From: Hydrolagus affinis | Lineage: Eukaryota | Assembly (NCBI GenBank): GCA_012026655.1 | Contig: JAAILG010002100.1 | Location: forward strand, 1-57,902 | Direction of reading: 5' to 3' | DNA length: 57,902 nucleotides | Shown here: positions 1 to 14,573 of the stretch, one piece after another | How the letters are laid out: the number at the start of each line of letters is the position of its first letter | Numbering within the stretch: position 1 is the stretch's first letter | Notes under the pieces: model-generated | What the model was told of the DNA's origin: nothing | Seen by the model: only the letters and a program-made list of their open reading frames with translations | Database searches by the model: none | Position numbers and translations under genes: made by a program

Positions 1-1263
1 TTGTAAGGCGGGTGCTCTAACCACTGTTGGAGATAACTACAGAGAGAGAGAGAGAGAGATGGAAAATAAGGCTAAATAAGCAATAGGAGAGAGAAGCAAT
101 TTTGTGACAATTGACAGCCTAAGAATAGGTTTGTAATTTCAGACAATGCATCCTGTCTGAGTGAGTTTGTGAAGTTGTTTATCAGTGAGGCGTCAGGCAG
201 TATCCTCCATCAGTCTTGCAAAATTGTGTGCCTGTGTGTGTGTATTTGTGTGCGTACGTGTGTGTGTGTCTCTTTGTGTAAGCACTCTATCTCTGGGGAG
301 AAACATACCGATTCCCCCAAGAGTAATCGAGCAAACAAAAAAATAATCCTCACAATAGTTACAGAAACCCCACATCTCCATTATTCAACCCTGATCTCTT
401 TCCTTTCATAGGCAACTTTTCCTGTGTTTTCCTTCCCCCAGCTCAGAGGAATACAAAGATCTCGTTCTGCATCTAAACCAGTATTTTCCTGTGATGTTCG
501 CGAGTAGATACGTAGCCAGTTCTTACTGTGAAGTAATTAATCAACATATTATTTATTGCCATTTAAGGCTGTTCTTGAAATGTCTGTATTCTAATCTCTA
601 TTGCCACTTGAGGCTTTTCAGTGTTTAATCTTTCGTTCTCATAGTCCATATCCAGTATCTCAGTTATATCAACATAAGGTATGCATCTCATTCAAAAGAT
701 TTGGATCTTTGAAATCATTTTCCAGTCTGCTCTTAATTCAGAGCTCTAATCTCTGAGATCAGAATTTTTCTTTCTTCCCGAACCCTCTCCCAATACTTCC
801 AAAAACAGAATTAAATATTCCAAGTAAAGAACAGTGAATTGTGATTAGATTAAATCTGATAGCTTCAATGAAAGACCCAGCACTGGAGTAGGCTCAATGG
901 CCTCCTTTTGTGGTCTAATGTCTTATGTTTCTAAAGGTTAGAAGGAACTCAAGGCTATAATTCTTGGTTTAATCAGCTCTCTTATTGGCTACACACCGGC
1001 ATTAACCCCACAGAGATTCATTACAGTTTCCTTAAATAGCAATAAATAGTAATTAGTCACATGCTGCTCTATTGCAGTATGTATAAAGGATGGGATGTAC
1101 AAGGTAAGGGAGAGTCTGTGTACGTTTTCCATGGTGGGGAGGCCTCAAGAAAATCATACATCAGTCGCTAGCCAAAGTTCCAGAACTGAAGGGTTTTATT
1201 CTGAGATACAATCTGAGCAAATTCCTGCTCTGGTAAATGTTTTTCTTTTCCCTTATTATAACA

Positions 1264-1516
1264 ATAATGATCCTTGCATTTGATCTAGCCCTTTGATATA
1301 ATGTCTTCTAGACATTTGTCTTCTCAAAGCGCTTCACAGAACATACTGTAAAGGTGAACTAACTGTGTTATTTGTGGGCGAAACTCAGCAGCCAATTGCG
1401 CACAGCAGCGTCCCCACAAACAGCCGTGGATTGAAATGACCGAATTATTATTGGGCTTTTTTCCTTAAGGGATTATTATCAGGTGTGTGGAGTGAGGAAA
1501 CTTGCCCATGGTTTTG
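1264..1516 (-). mobile_element. tRNA-derived SINE with L2-type tail (main family in this window; resembles chimaera SINE2), copy lacking its head
   Basis: Matches the shared consensus atccttgcatttgat...ctcaaagcgcttcacagaa...gcagccaattgcgcacagc...ggaaacttgccc, found many times in the window. Confidence 0.88.
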
Positions 1517-3949
1517 AGGGAACTCTTTTCAGAAAAATGGATCCCGAAGCGCGAAGTATCTTATCTTTTTTTCCCTAGTCAATGTTTGCTGGTGTCAAAA
1601 TAGAACAATGGGGGCATTTGAGAAACATTGGTGCATTGTTAACTAACTATACCATTGCATACACATGTACAGAGGGAATTCTAGGTTGACATTAATTGTA
1701 CAATTAAACAGGCAATGGGAAACATCACAAAATGTTTTGTTCAGGCACATAATTAAAGGCACCTCCCCAATTCCCTCGCCACAAATACAGGCATCACAAA
1801 TCACACCTGGATGCTTGCATGTGTGTATGTGTGTGTGTAAAAAAACAAACAAACAAAAGAAAACAATTGCTAGCATTGTCCCTCAGTGAACATTAGTGGG
1901 TGTTTAGCACCTGGAGATCACTCTCCAAATCACCAATGGAAACCCATCATTCATAGTGTTAACTCAGGTCATTTGAGTTTCCTTTCACTGCCAACCTTTC
2001 CCTTTGCTCCAACCACCTCCGCCTTCCGGGCTTATTAAGTGTGACTTTGCTGTAGTTCCAAGACAGATACTTAAATGATTCAGGTGCTCATGTAAGTCTG
2101 GACAGTGAGGATCAGGAGGGTAATCCATGGTGGAAGGAGGACTCGACAACAGTCGCTGGATAGCAAACTGATCCAGGAATACAGATCCAAGTCTGGTAAC
2201 ATCAGTTAAGATTCCTCCTAATAATAATAATAATCCTTTCATTTGACCTCGTGCCTTATGACATCTTTGAGACGTTCTTGAACGGCGCTTCGCAGAATAT
2301 ACCGGGTGACCAAAAAGTTGTGATCACTACCTCGTTATCTAAAAGCAGAACAAAAATATCATTGTTTCTTTCAGAGATTTATTATAGGCATTGCAATGGT
2401 ATTTGTGATTTTTCTGGCCACCTTGAACTTGCACAAAACTGGGATCAGGTTTCAACCTTAACCACTGCAATGGCTCAGTATAGTTCCAGGCAGTGCCTTT
2501 CCACTCACTGGATCTAGACATCAAAGGGAGCTTTGGTGTTCTTTTTTTTACGATGTCCAGTGGCTCAATCTTTAATTAACCGCGGTTATGATTTCTCATG
2601 AAATCAACATATTAATCGCGGAGACAAAAATGCTTCTTAGGCATGCAGGCAGATCCTGCTACTTTATAGCGCTTTATCACACTGCAATATCTCACAAACT
2701 GCGAGTACAATAGTTGGCTATTTTGGTCAGCAGAACATGACAGCCATTTCTAACAGCAAGGCTCTACACAGATCCATGGTAATGCACTCTAAAATGGCTC
2801 CCCAGCTCCCCTCACTTCCTCTCTGCCACACATGTCACCCCACCCCCCATGCAGGAAGTTCTGCTGGTATCAATTCTTGCTTGCTCACATGTGCTATTCC
2901 ATTTAGTTTGTGTTCGATCCTGAACAGATTTCTCTTTTCAGCAATGATCCTTTCTTGCACACTCCGCTAATCTTGCAGCAACGAAAAAAAAATAGGAAAT
3001 GAATCACTCGACTTCAAAGGCTTGAATAAATAGGTAGTGCGTATCAGCTTTCTGCTCGGCTCAGAATGCTTCATTCTGCAGGATCTGTGAGAGTACACTG
3101 AATACATTTTTCCACCGTGTTAGGTTGGCTTCCGTGACTTGTGTAGGGTTGGTCCCTTTGAAGTGGTTAAAAATCCCAATACATTTGCAGCACCTTGAAG
3201 CCACCCACTGCAGTTCGCCTTGATTTAAATGGAATGTGTTGGGGGGGAGGTTGGGTGGGGGTGTGCTGGGCATGCAATGTATAACGCCCACACAAATCCG
3301 TAGCAAACGCACAGATTAACCACACATTGTGATATGCAGTACAGCTTCTCGGGCTTGAGGCACACCGGAAGCCGTTGAAACGTAACCGATTTTAGTCGAT
3401 GTTCCCTTATCTATCGCTGAAGGCTCTGTGTGTGAAAGAAAGAAACCTTTTTGTGCGATCTTGGAACCTAGCAGTTTACGTTACACGTGGCGTATTCTTC
3501 TCAGCCTGACCTAAAGCGGTGGCTTTGAGATTAAACAGATTAGTTTTAACGACGGAAGGCGAGCAATCTAGATTGTTACATAACATGGGGGAGATTATCC
3601 TTTCTGTGTGAGTCAGGAACACGAGGGCTTTGTGCCCTCATTTTGTGCTTTATGCTTTTAATTTAAAAAATATATATATGTATATTTTTGTAAAACGCAA
3701 TCATTTTTGTTTTAACCCTGCCGCACAAATGTAATTTTGTTGTTGTAGTTGGATTTTTAGAGTTGGGTCCTGTTAATGAAAGGATCTGTGATTGAAAGAT
3801 CAGTTGTTAAGCAGTGCCTGATAATAGTGGGTGGCGGGGGGGGGGAGAGAGAAAAACATCAGGTGTAATGTGCGTCTTCCTTCCGTGGTTTTGTTTTCCT
3901 CTCGCGCTTCACACACACATCCTCCCTGGTGGATCACTTGTACTGCCTC

Positions 3950-4165
3950 GTCTCCAACTGAGCTGTGCAGATCTGCAAGGTTCCTGGTTCGATGTATGGT
4001 CTATGCTGATCTTGGGTGGAGTTGGCTATAATGGTGATATAATTGTCCTCGGGGGTGCTTCGGGCTTGGGAGGGGAAACGATCTGTAGGCTTTCACTCTC
4101 CCCATCATTATCCAGTGACTCGCCCATACTGGAAACTGCATGCAGGCATGTGTGTGTGGGTGAGT
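3950..4165 (+). mobile_element. Ancient SINE, AmnSINE2-like
   Basis: ctgagctgtgcaga...aaggttcctggttcgat...gggaggggaaa...tatccagtgac...ctggaaactgcatg, similar to the copy at 20710-21045. The family name is from memory. Confidence 0.55.
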
Positions 4166-6889
4166 CCAATGTGGACACAGTCTAACCAAAGATTTTTCCC
4201 CATTGGGGTGAAGTCACGGAAGGCAGATCGAGCTTGTATAAGAAGGGAGTGAATAGGAGAGGAAACCAGAGATTTTTGCTTAAAAAGAAGATGAACAGTG
4301 CATTGTACGGACGATAAACAAATGCAGCTGATGGGATCCACTGGTTAGAGGGTACGGAAGCACTTCCCACTTTGTTATCCCAAAAGCAAGAGTCCTTCGC
4401 TGAAGTGACACTTTCCCACTCGCTCTGTTTGCCAGTGGGAACAAGTGCGAGGAGCTGTTGGAAATTGCTCCGCTGCCTTCTTGTGTCACTCTGAATGGGA
4501 GATGCGAGCTGGAATTAATATGGTGCAAAGCACGCACACACACACATACGCGCGCACTTATATAAGTTATACATCTGTGCTGCCGTCAAAAGTGTAATTG
4601 AATGACATCAATTCTTTATTAGATATTTTCCATTTTACCCATTTGTAAAGACTGATGGGCAATTACTGTCTGTTTCTCTCTCAGAGGCTTTCAGAAAAGA
4701 CTGGATTTTTTTAAAAAAAAACTTATGCTTTGCAAATCATTGTTGCTAGGATATGTCAGTGTGTTTTATAACCTTCTTTGAGCCCCAGAGTCAGATCACT
4801 GCTGGATCAGATCATAATAATAATAATCCTTGCATTTTACACAGCGCTTTCCACATCTTCTAGGCGTCTCAAATCGCTTACACAGAATGAAGCTCCCCGT
4901 ACCATCCCAGTAATACGACAACTTGCGTTTATACATCGCCCCTCACACAGGGTAGTGTGCCAGAGCCCTCGGTGTAGTGGCTGCTTGCTCCTACATCAGT
5001 TACAGTTTGGTTCAGATACAGAACGAATCTCCCTCCTTATTAAACCCTTAAAACAAACTTCTATGCAAGGAGAGATTGTCCCTGGATTCTCTTAGCATCT
5101 CAATTGGAGTAGGAAAAAAATGCATTCAGTAAAAAACTGAGACACTTGGAGCACTGAACGATTGACTGATGCCTTTGGACGCTTACCCCAGTAAAAAGGA
5201 AAGTAGGATCAAGAGAGGAGAGAAGGGAAAGGGAGAAAAGTTGAGTGGAAGACAGTGTGATGTGCCTAGTTTCAACACAGTGAGGATAGTGGTAAACACC
5301 TATAATACGTGTGTGTGTGTGCGTGGCATTCAGTGGCCATCCTGGTACTATTCTCTCCAGGACTCAATTTACGATCTGATCTGCCCAAGCCAGGGATCTG
5401 TGACATTCCCAATCCTTTTTTGCTGCTGTCTCATGAAGATCGGAGTCAATAATTACATCCTTCCAGTGGCTAACACATGAGAGGTGCTTCACAAGTCCCT
5501 CCTTTTTCCTGGCCCTCTATCAACAACATACTGTACATCAGAGTGAACCACATCCCCCCTCACGTGAGTACAAACAGGAGTAGAAGCAAACAAGTCAAGC
5601 CATCCAGCCATGAGTCAAAACGCAACAGATGCAGGAAGTAGGAGATCCAAAGCTCCACCTGTCTTTGCCTGTAGCACTATTTCTGTTCCCTGAAATCTTA
5701 CGTTGACATGCAGTTTCGTAAAATTCTTACATTTAGTCTTTAATTTGCCAGACAGTTTTTGTCCCCCCCCCCCCGCCCCCCCAAAAAAAACCTACCTTTA
5801 AAACCCTGCTTCCAAATTAAGAGCAAATTTAAGAATTCTAACCATAATTTTCCTTTTGAAGACAGGCTAAGAACTAGATGGAATGTGGTCCTTGTGGTCT
5901 TAATAAAGGAATCTGCCGTCGACTTTGGCTTTTTGGTGCCTCCTGCCCCACTCCGTACAGCGCTCGGCTGTGGCAAGTTTCCTTACTCCGCACACCTCTG
6001 TTTACCTAGTGGTGGGTAAGAACCTGTTTGTTACTCGATTGGCAGATAGCTTTCCCTCAAATGTTTGTTGGAAGGGATTACTACCCGCAGAAAGTGATCT
6101 GCCAATCGACTGATAACTGGATTCCTACTTCCGGCGAAGTAAACAGAGGTTGGCTACTCAATCTATGAATGTTTCTCGTGGACACTGCTGTGTGAAACGA
6201 CTTGACTTGTTTACGGCACAATGTCAAATTGCAAGCATTATTATTAATGTTTCAATGCTCTCTGGTTTTCACGTGTGCTTAGGTTTTATGTGTCACCAAA
6301 ACCCTACCAGTCCAGTCAACCCCCTGCACAGTAGCTCTGACAGTAGACAATATCGTTTGTATTTTAATAAATGCCCAGTTGCACAGGGTCAATAAATCTT
6401 TATTGCACGTCAGGTCAGAGTACAGCACCTCTTAAAAGATGAAACGTACAGCAATATCCATTAGTGGGGAGGAAAACAGGAAGAAGATCATTAACAGACA
6501 GATAAAACTCAACGTGAATGCATATAATTTAACGAATCGCTGTCTTTTAAGGAGGGCATTAAACTGGAAAGGTTACCAGGAAGATGTTGAATGATTGCCA
6601 ATTCTTTGAAGGTGGGGATTCATTTTACATAAGGAAAACTTGAGAGAAGATGTTTTAGGTGGCTCTTTAACTACAGACGAGAATCCTAAATATTGTCTTC
6701 CTGAACCTGTTGAAACTGTGAAGGTGGTTGTAACTGGAAAAAGATAAGACTATAATGATAACCATTTTGATTTGGTGTAGTGCCTTTGCTGTCTGGAGGA
6801 CATCTCAAACAGCTTCACCAGATACACTGTAAAGTAAAGTGTCTGCATAGGCAAACATGGCAGGCAATATGTGCACAAGACAGGTATAA

Positions 6890-7460
6890 GAAGTAACTTA
6901 ACTCTGTGTGATGGGAAGCCAGTGGAATCAGGTGAGGGTGAGGATGGTACGGTCACGGAACCTAGTGTGAGAGGAGACACGGACCGCGGAATGCTGGGTG
7001 ATCTACTGCCTATGGAGGGAGGACTTAGGGAGACCGACAAGCAAGGGGTTTGCATAGTCAAGCCTGGGTGTTATGAATGCATGTATGAGAGTTTTGGTGG
7101 CCTGCGGTGTGAGACAGTGGCGGAGCCAGGCAATGTTGCAGTGTGGGGAGAGTGTGTAGAGTAGATCGTGGCATGGATGTGGGGTAGAAAGGATAGTTGA
7201 GGGTAGAACAAGACACCAAGGTTCCGAACCGGCTCAGTGAGATGGAATGTGCATGCTTGGATGATGATACTATCAGCACCTGAGGTGTGGAGGCGCTGAC
7301 GGATGGGGGTGGGTGGGTGGGGGGCAGGGCAATCAGGAATGCCTCAGTCTTGTTGACGTTCAACTGAAAGTTAGCTCTCATTGAGGACTTGAGATGTCCG
7401 ACAGACATTCTGTCAAGGCAGGAGTGGTCCTGGAGTGAAGGACTCCAGGACCTTGAGGTT
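6890..7460 (-). mobile_element. Decayed L2-clade LINE ORF2 fragment
   Basis: Frameshifted minus-strand translation ...ALTECLSDISS/MRANFQLNVNKTEAFLI... resembles the L2 post-RT motif CLxDIxxWMxxNFLQLNxxKTE. Confidence 0.75.
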
Positions 7461-7494
7461 TGTGGTTTTTCCTGGAGGGTTTCCTGGTTTCTCG

Positions 7495-7610
7495 GAGTTC
7501 AATGTCCCATTCAAAGGAAGGCATCTCCAGCGATGCAAGTGCTCCCTCAACACTGCACTGGATGCCAGCGTAGATCGTGAGTTGAAATTCCTTATGTTGG
7601 ACTGATTCCC
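7495..7610 (-). mobile_element. Deu-domain SINE fragment
   Basis: aaggaaggcatctccagcgatgcaagtgctccctcaacactgcactgg, similar to sequence at 12975-13040 and 55840-55900. Confidence 0.55.
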
Positions 7611-8037
7611 TGGTGGGAACAGCAAAATCCAAATAATAATCAACTAAGAGATGCCGACATCCATTCAAAGTAGTTCCACAAGTCTTAACCCACGGCAGGA
7701 AAGGAAGCCACCACATGGATCATGGTTTAGCCATTGGCTCCACTTTATTCCCCCTCCCCCCCACGCCCAAGAACATGTTCTACCTGCTGTCGTTCCAAGC
7801 GTCTAGCGTTAAGATGTCAATCTCCAGAAACGTTCTTTTGTGGGGTTTGTTGTACGTGTCATTTTGCAACACCTGCTTTTGTGTGGAAGCCTGTTTCGTC
7901 TCAAGGCAGCTTCTCTTCAAAGTGGCTCCTCGCATGAGCCGAGAGGCAGACAAAAATAATAATAATTATTATTAGCTAGGACCCCAAAGTGAAAGTAAAG
8001 CTATTGGCTGGTCCCGTAATAATGACAACATTAATAA

Positions 8038-8167
8038 GAATAATAATCCTTGCAATTGTATATACCACCTTTTCATGTTGCCAAGACACCTCAAAGTGCT
8101 TCACAGAATATACTGTTAAGTGTAGTGACTGTGTATTTTGTGGGCGAAACCCGGCAGCCAATTGGTA
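8038..8167 (-). mobile_element. SINE 3' fragment (main family)
   Basis: taataatccttgca...ctcaaagtgcttcacagaatatactg...ggcagccaattgg. Confidence 0.8.
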
Positions 8168-8877
8168 GGAGGTGGTATTCCAACTACACAACGAACTGAT
8201 CGTTGTCTAACGCAGGAATATTTATAGGTGAAAGCAGAAATAGTTGAAATTCAGGAATTATTTACTTAAAGAAATAAGGTAGGATGCAGCTCTGACAAAT
8301 TATCAGGTCTGATAAATTTTGCTCAGATAGAAGTTGGGGTCCGCAGTCCTAAAATTAGAAAGAGAGATAGCATCATGTTCAGCTTGGGGGTCAGCATGAC
8401 TCAAATCCTCGCTCCTTTCTTGTGCATTGTGCCTTTTAAGCTGTTGATCTTCTAAGGCAACTGGAGAGAAGCCATTTTGTGCAGCAAACTCCTGCCCCGA
8501 TTGATTCACCAGACCTTTTTCACTGCTGTCATTTTGTGAAGGGAGCATGGAATTCTCTCAGGAGGTTCAAACAGAGTTGTTTGCCTCTCTTCCCACCCCA
8601 GTAATCGGGGTCGTTCCGTGGTAGGTAAATATTGAATCAATGTTAGCGATGGGCAGCCTGTGTGCCAGGCTCCTTTTGCTCCAGCCCTTTCTTTGTTGCC
8701 CATCTGCTCGCGTTGGGACTGTTGGCATCTGTAGCAGGCTTGTCCCTGCCCACAGACAAACATCCGCCAAGTAGCCTTGCCGCTGTCTGTGTCGTGCGAC
8801 ATGAATGTAATGTTATTCCAGGGCAGACTGTGAAGAAAGGGCTGCAGAAGCCAGTAACTCAGAGGGCACTTGTCCCT

Positions 8878-8932
8878 TTCTCTCTCTCTCTCTCTTTCTC
8901 TCTCTCCCTCTCTCTCTCGCTCTCTCTCTCTC
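8878..8932. repeat. (CT)n microsatellite
   Basis: Imperfect ctctct run. Confidence 0.9.
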
Positions 8933-9239
8933 GCTTTGTTAAGCGCTCCGTACAGCAGCCACCCACCAGGGGTGCCTTTATTTAGCAGAGTTGGAGAGCT
9001 TTTGTATGAACACCAGATTCCATGAGACCAGCAGGTCACAAGTCCTGAACAGTCGGGCCTGTTGCCAGCGTCAGAAGAGAGGCACCAGCCAGTGTTTTTT
9101 TGTGTTTGGATAGTGAATCATTGAATTTCCTAAGAGCTTTTTCTCTTCCTTTGCGCCAGGCAAAATATCGCAGCCGAGGAGTGGTTTGGGTTTGCGGCTC
9201 AAAGCTACTACTTATCTGCAGCCAGCGGTCATTGAAACA

Positions 9240-9560
9240 TCTCAAATTTCTTCACAGAGATAGGATGGAAGGAAATTATTTCTCACTGGTCAATGAGACA
9301 GTAATTCGAGGGTGTCAGTTGAGCCAGGGAGCAAAGTGGAGGAGGTTTTGGAGGAATTTTATTAAGGGTTGTTAAGATGTCAAATGTCTTAAGCGATGGC
9401 ATTGGTCAAGGCATAATCCATTTTAGCTTTCGAGGGTACACTAGATGTGTATCCGCAACAAGGAGTCATTTAGAAGGATATGAGGTGAAAAGGCAAGTGA
9501 ATGAATTTGAATGGATTAATGTTTCAAAGAGCTAGCGTAGAAACAGGCTCGATGGGCTGC
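9240..9560 (+). mobile_element. Decayed CR1-clade LINE 3' end
   Basis: Ends in ttcaaagagctagc...aggctcgatgggctg, similar to the CR1-type 3' terminus at 45860-45930. Confidence 0.6.
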
Positions 9561-10573
9561 TTTAACAAGCAGTATTTTCAAGGAGCCCAGCTATGAACAC
9601 ATCTGAAACACAGAGTGGTGTGGGAGTCATTTTATCGTCGTCAATTTTCCGTAAGCACCGCAAGGCATTTAACGGAATGAAAATTGCGTGGGCTGGCACG
9701 TGCTTTGTTCCCGTCAGAACACAGCACGTGGTCCACAGAGCCTTTGAGGAAAAGGAATTTGGCCTAGCGTCGGCTGTGTTTGCCTGCAAAAAAAAAAAAA
9801 GTCACTACACTTAACGGTACAGTCAGCATCTGTTGTGAGCAGTTTCATCTCATCCATCTCATGGGGGAAGTTATAAAGTGAAGGAGCTAAAAACAGACCT
9901 TGAGGTAGGAGTGGAGAGGGTGTGGGTGGTGGGGTTGGTAGTCAAAGCTGGAGACCGCAATACAGTTGTACAATGATGCAACCAGGGATGGGCGCGTGAA
10001 TTCATTACGGATGCTTTTAGTGCAGAAGTGACTCTGAACTAATGCTTTATAAGGGCAGTGTTCACTTGTTCACTGATAAGATACTGCACAAGGGATGTGT
10101 GGTCTGAAGTCCTCTTTATTTGTCACACTGAAACTACATGCTTGTCAAAGACTCTTTGTATGACTGTAGATACCAAAAAATTGCACTGTCCCTTCACGTC
10201 TTCCTGAGTCCTGGGGTTGAATCCAGCCCGACCTTCCTCTTCGACCGTGCTTTCAACCAATCTCCCACCTGACAGCCCCCCCCCTCCTGCCCTCCACCTC
10301 TCCTGACCCCCAACTCAGGTCCACAAACACCCCCCCACTAACTGTCCAGAGCCCTAGGATGTCTTCCTGACGTGAAGGGCGCTATACAAGTGTAACCTGT
10401 TGTTATTCCTTCATTTGCTAGATATAAATCAAATGAGTTTGGTCCATTTTCTATCCTATCAGTGGGCATAGGATCACAGGAATGCCTGCTCTTAATTAGT
10501 CCAGCCAGCTGGGATTTAAGTGCAACAGTAATGTTAGTCAGAGATGCCACAACATATGTGGGCAGACATGTGT

Positions 10574-10792
10574 GGGTAGAAATTCCACCTGGGTCTGGTT
10601 TTACATGAGTTTTATCAAATTCTGAAATACCGGCATTAATTTAGAAACTCGACCGGGTTTCTGGAAATACTTTTGAGAATTTTGGGGCTTCTAAATTTCG
10701 ACACTGAATTCAGCAAATTTGCCTAATTCTGCCCCCCTTCTGAAAATGTTACGATAATGGAGTAAATCTAGATCCAGTTGGAATTGTCTCCC
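10574..10792. mobile_element. MITE-like element with ~31 bp imperfect terminal inverted repeats
   Basis: Left end gggtagaaattccacctgggtctggttttac; reverse complement of the right end gggagacaattccaactggatctagatttac. Confidence 0.7.
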
Positions 10793-10832
10793 AGCAGTGC
10801 CAATTTGGGAAAGTGTTGCATTCCCGAGTAAT

Positions 10833-11130
10833 AGTCCTCATAGCTCAGTGGTTAGAGCAATCACCTCGGAAGCAAGAGACCTGGGTTCAATTCCCGGCAG
10901 GGCAAAACCTTGGGGAACTTTCCTTACTCCACATGGCTGATAATAATTCCTCATGGGGAAAAAAACCCAATGCAAAATTGGTCACTTCAATCCATGACTG
11001 TTTGTGGGACACTACTGGGCCCAATTGCCTGCCTCATTTCACCCACCAATATGCAAGTCAATTTACTTTACAATATATTCTGTGGAGCGCTTTGAGATGT
11101 CTAGAAGACTTGAAAAGCGCTATATTAAAT
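10833..11130 (+). mobile_element. Near full-length tRNA-headed SINE (main family)
   Basis: A-box tagctcagtgg, B-box ggttcaattcc, then the family body and the tail tgaaaagcgctatattaaatg. Confidence 0.9.
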
Positions 11131-12706
11131 GTTCAGCGGCTCTGGCCTCCTGTTCATCTCCCCTACTCCACCATTGGTGGCCATGACTTCAGCCACTACA
11201 CCCTAAATCCTGCTGACGTAAAAGGCGCTATACAAATGTAACTTGTTGTTGAATCCACTTTGCCTCAATCCCTCCGCCTTGCCTTTCCCTTGCCCACCTT
11301 CAGATCACATCTGAAGAACCGCCTGTTCGACCATGCCTATGATTCATCTGGCTTCAATGATAGGGGCTCCCTTCTGTTCATCTACCGGAGGCTAGGGGCA
11401 GGTTTGGGGGTGGGGGTGTGTGCGCTTGTGTGAGAGACACAGAGGTAATTGTTAAAGCAAAGCCAGAGCCTCGGGGTGTCATGCTGCAGCATTATTGGAT
11501 GTGAATGGAGGCATCTGGCTGTCCAAACGGGTTCTTAAATGGACTTGGATGTGAGCAGCTCGTCTTTGTCTCCTGGAATGTAAACATTCTCAACAGACCC
11601 ACGAAGAGAGCTCTGGTTTTAGCTAGATTTAAACATCCTCATGACTGACCTTGCTGAATGGGACTGAAGGTTAGAGGGAGAGCCACAGACGGATGACTAA
11701 CCAGTTGAAACATGTTGATGGTTCACGCGCTTCTGAGATCAAATGTGTATCATTAGGGCTCACAATTACCAGCCGTCAGAAATCTAAATGTGGCCATTTC
11801 ACTTTCTCCCGATTTGAGTATAAATAACCTACCTTAATATTTTTGGAAATTTACTCTTGGTACTTCAAGTAAATACGCCCACAAAATACAGTGTAATGTA
11901 CAGTAGTGTACTTCGCAATGTATCCTGTGAAGTACTTTGAGATGTCTCGATGACAAGATAAGGCACTAGATCAAGTGCAGGGATTATTATTATTATTCTT
12001 CTCATTGGATACTAGGAAGATGCAAACATCCCAGAGGTTACCTGTAGTTGGGTCACTTCCTAGAGCGAGGGATTGAGTTTGGTATGACTGAGCAAATTAT
12101 ACTTTTTTTGTGTGTGCTGTAATGTAGGATCTGGGAGATGCAATGACCTAATACACCCAAGGATTTTGGTTGTATCCAAATCGATGGGATGAAAGTCTCC
12201 TCTCTGTATTGTCTGTGCATTGATTTTTGAGGAAGGAAGTCCTAACAGACAAAAGGCCAACAGCACAAAACAATGCTAACAAGAAACCAATTGGCTTGAC
12301 TAAATGATTGTGATAATTGAGAACCACAGAATGGCTGGAATGGAAAATGTGGATCACACCGGGGGAGTAGGCAGTGATTTATGGTGGTGTTCTTATATAT
12401 AGCAGAGTCAATTGAACTTTGCATAGTCTTTTGTGTTCTGTTGATGCTCCCACCACTGGGTGACAATCTAGAACATGTCTTATGTTCCCCCGAACTGACA
12501 ACCCTTACCTTTAATGAGCTCATAAATTCCACATTATATTTATATATTAATATATATAGATAGATGTATGTAAAAGTTACCAGCCTCACATTACATTGGC
12601 TATCCTCACATTACATTGTACATAAAGTGGAGAGTGTCAGTGCTGACCTTCATCAGAATCCAGTCGGATTCGCGGATACGTCATTGAATCAGTATTGATG
12701 TCAAGT

Positions 12707-13100
12707 GAATAATAATCCTTGTGTTTGATTCAAGCCTCCAATGCGTCAAAACGTTTCGAAAGCATTTCACTGTTTTTTTAACGTTAAGTGTAGTGACTTT
12801 GTATCCGTTGGCGAATGCAGTGGCCAATTTGAATATAGGTTGCATCCCACAAACAGCCATGAGGTGTATCAACATCTAGGAAGTTGTTGTCCAGGGCACT
12901 GGGAATAACTGGCCTGTAGTTATCAAACATGCCATGGATTTTAGCACCCACCTGAATAGCCACATTTGATTTAACGCCTCATCTGAAGGACGGCATCTCA
13001 GACAATGCAGTGATCCATTAGTACAGTAGCGTTGGCTTAGACTTTCCTGAGCAAAGTCCCAGTGGGTTTGTCTCGGGGGAAGAGTGCTACTAAGCTGATA
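12707..13100 (-). mobile_element. Deu-domain SINE with L2-type tail
   Basis: Tail aataataatccttgtgtttga, plus core tttaacgcctcatctgaaggacggcatctcagacaatgcag. Confidence 0.7.
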
Positions 13101-14573
13101 CGTAACCTTTCCAGCACACTGCCCTAACAAAACATTGTAACACACACTAAACCACCCAACACATCGATACACCAACACGACAACACACAAAGCCAGTAAC
13201 ACACACTCACTTATCACACTTGACACACAAAAAACACACACCACACCAACACACGCCTCCACTCCAAATGTTTCCTGGTCTGTTTCCCGCAAACTGTTGC
13301 TTTGTTACTTTGCAGCTAAGCCCTAACACACAGAGAAAGGAAGTCCTGATACAGCAAAATAACTGTGGCTGTTAATTACCCGAACATTTTACCCGAACAT
13401 AACAGCTGGGATAAACTAATTCAAGGGGGTTCCGTTCTGTTTCTGTAAAGTGAACTAGAACGCAAGCCATTTTAAACATTATCTTGGTGCACTCTGGTGA
13501 CTGTTGGCTACTGTTCAGGGAGTACTGCTATGTTTGGATTGTACGTTACCCTGTTTATAGTCTACGTTAAAGACACTGCCAACCTCTGTATGTCATTGAT
13601 TTATGAATTTTTATTTGATAGCTTGGCGCCACTTAAGGAAAACAACAGTGTTAAAAATACTATTTGGAAACTGCTTCATGACAATTAAAACATTTTCCAA
13701 ATAATATCACCAAAGGAAGCGATTACTAAAATTATACAGCGAATTCTGGGTTACGCGACTGAGATCCTGTGATGAGTATGTTACCTGCAAATTACATCAA
13801 AATCGACTCTGTAATCCCATATTGTTAACCATGAAAACACATTCATTTATATCCTCTTCATTACATTCCTGCAGCATAGCTCAGCGTGTCATTCTACAGT
13901 GAGCACAGTGCGTCACATTCACTGTGCAATTCCCCAAACCCTCCATCCCAGGGGCACTCAGCCTCTGATGTTGATGGAGCAGGAATACAGTATACTAAAT
14001 ATAGGATAACACACAGTCTGGAAACTCTCCCAAGCTAATGGCACAGTGAGGAGTGAGATGGATTGTTCGTGTTTTCACCACATCTCAAGGTGCTTTGCTG
14101 GCTCGATACGCACTGTGGGCCTTTTTATCTGCATCCTGCGTTAAAAAAAAAAGATTTATTTTGTTGGTTGTGGTGCCATAGCAGAGCGAGGCGCCAGATG
14201 GTTTGGCACTGGTAGACAATGTTGGGCAATCTGCAATAGGATAACTTGTGAACACTTCCCCCACCCTCTTTTCTCCCAATTTTTCTCTTCACTTGAAAGT
14301 GGCATCTCACACTGGGACGTGCCATCTGTTGTTACCTTGCCCAAACCACTGAATCCTTCATGTCTTGCTGGCTAATTCAAAGCTACACCCGATCAAGGCC
14401 TCAACTGGTTATGTGGAGCCGTGTGTACTTTGCAGGAGTGACTGGTTGACATTCAGCAGTGCAGGAAGCTGGATTAATTACCTTAGTGACTAGGGCATAG
14501 CCCAAAGCTGCTGAAGCCCTCTCCTGAGCTATGAACGCTCAGCATAGTAATGTTCCGTTTTAGTTTAAATATA

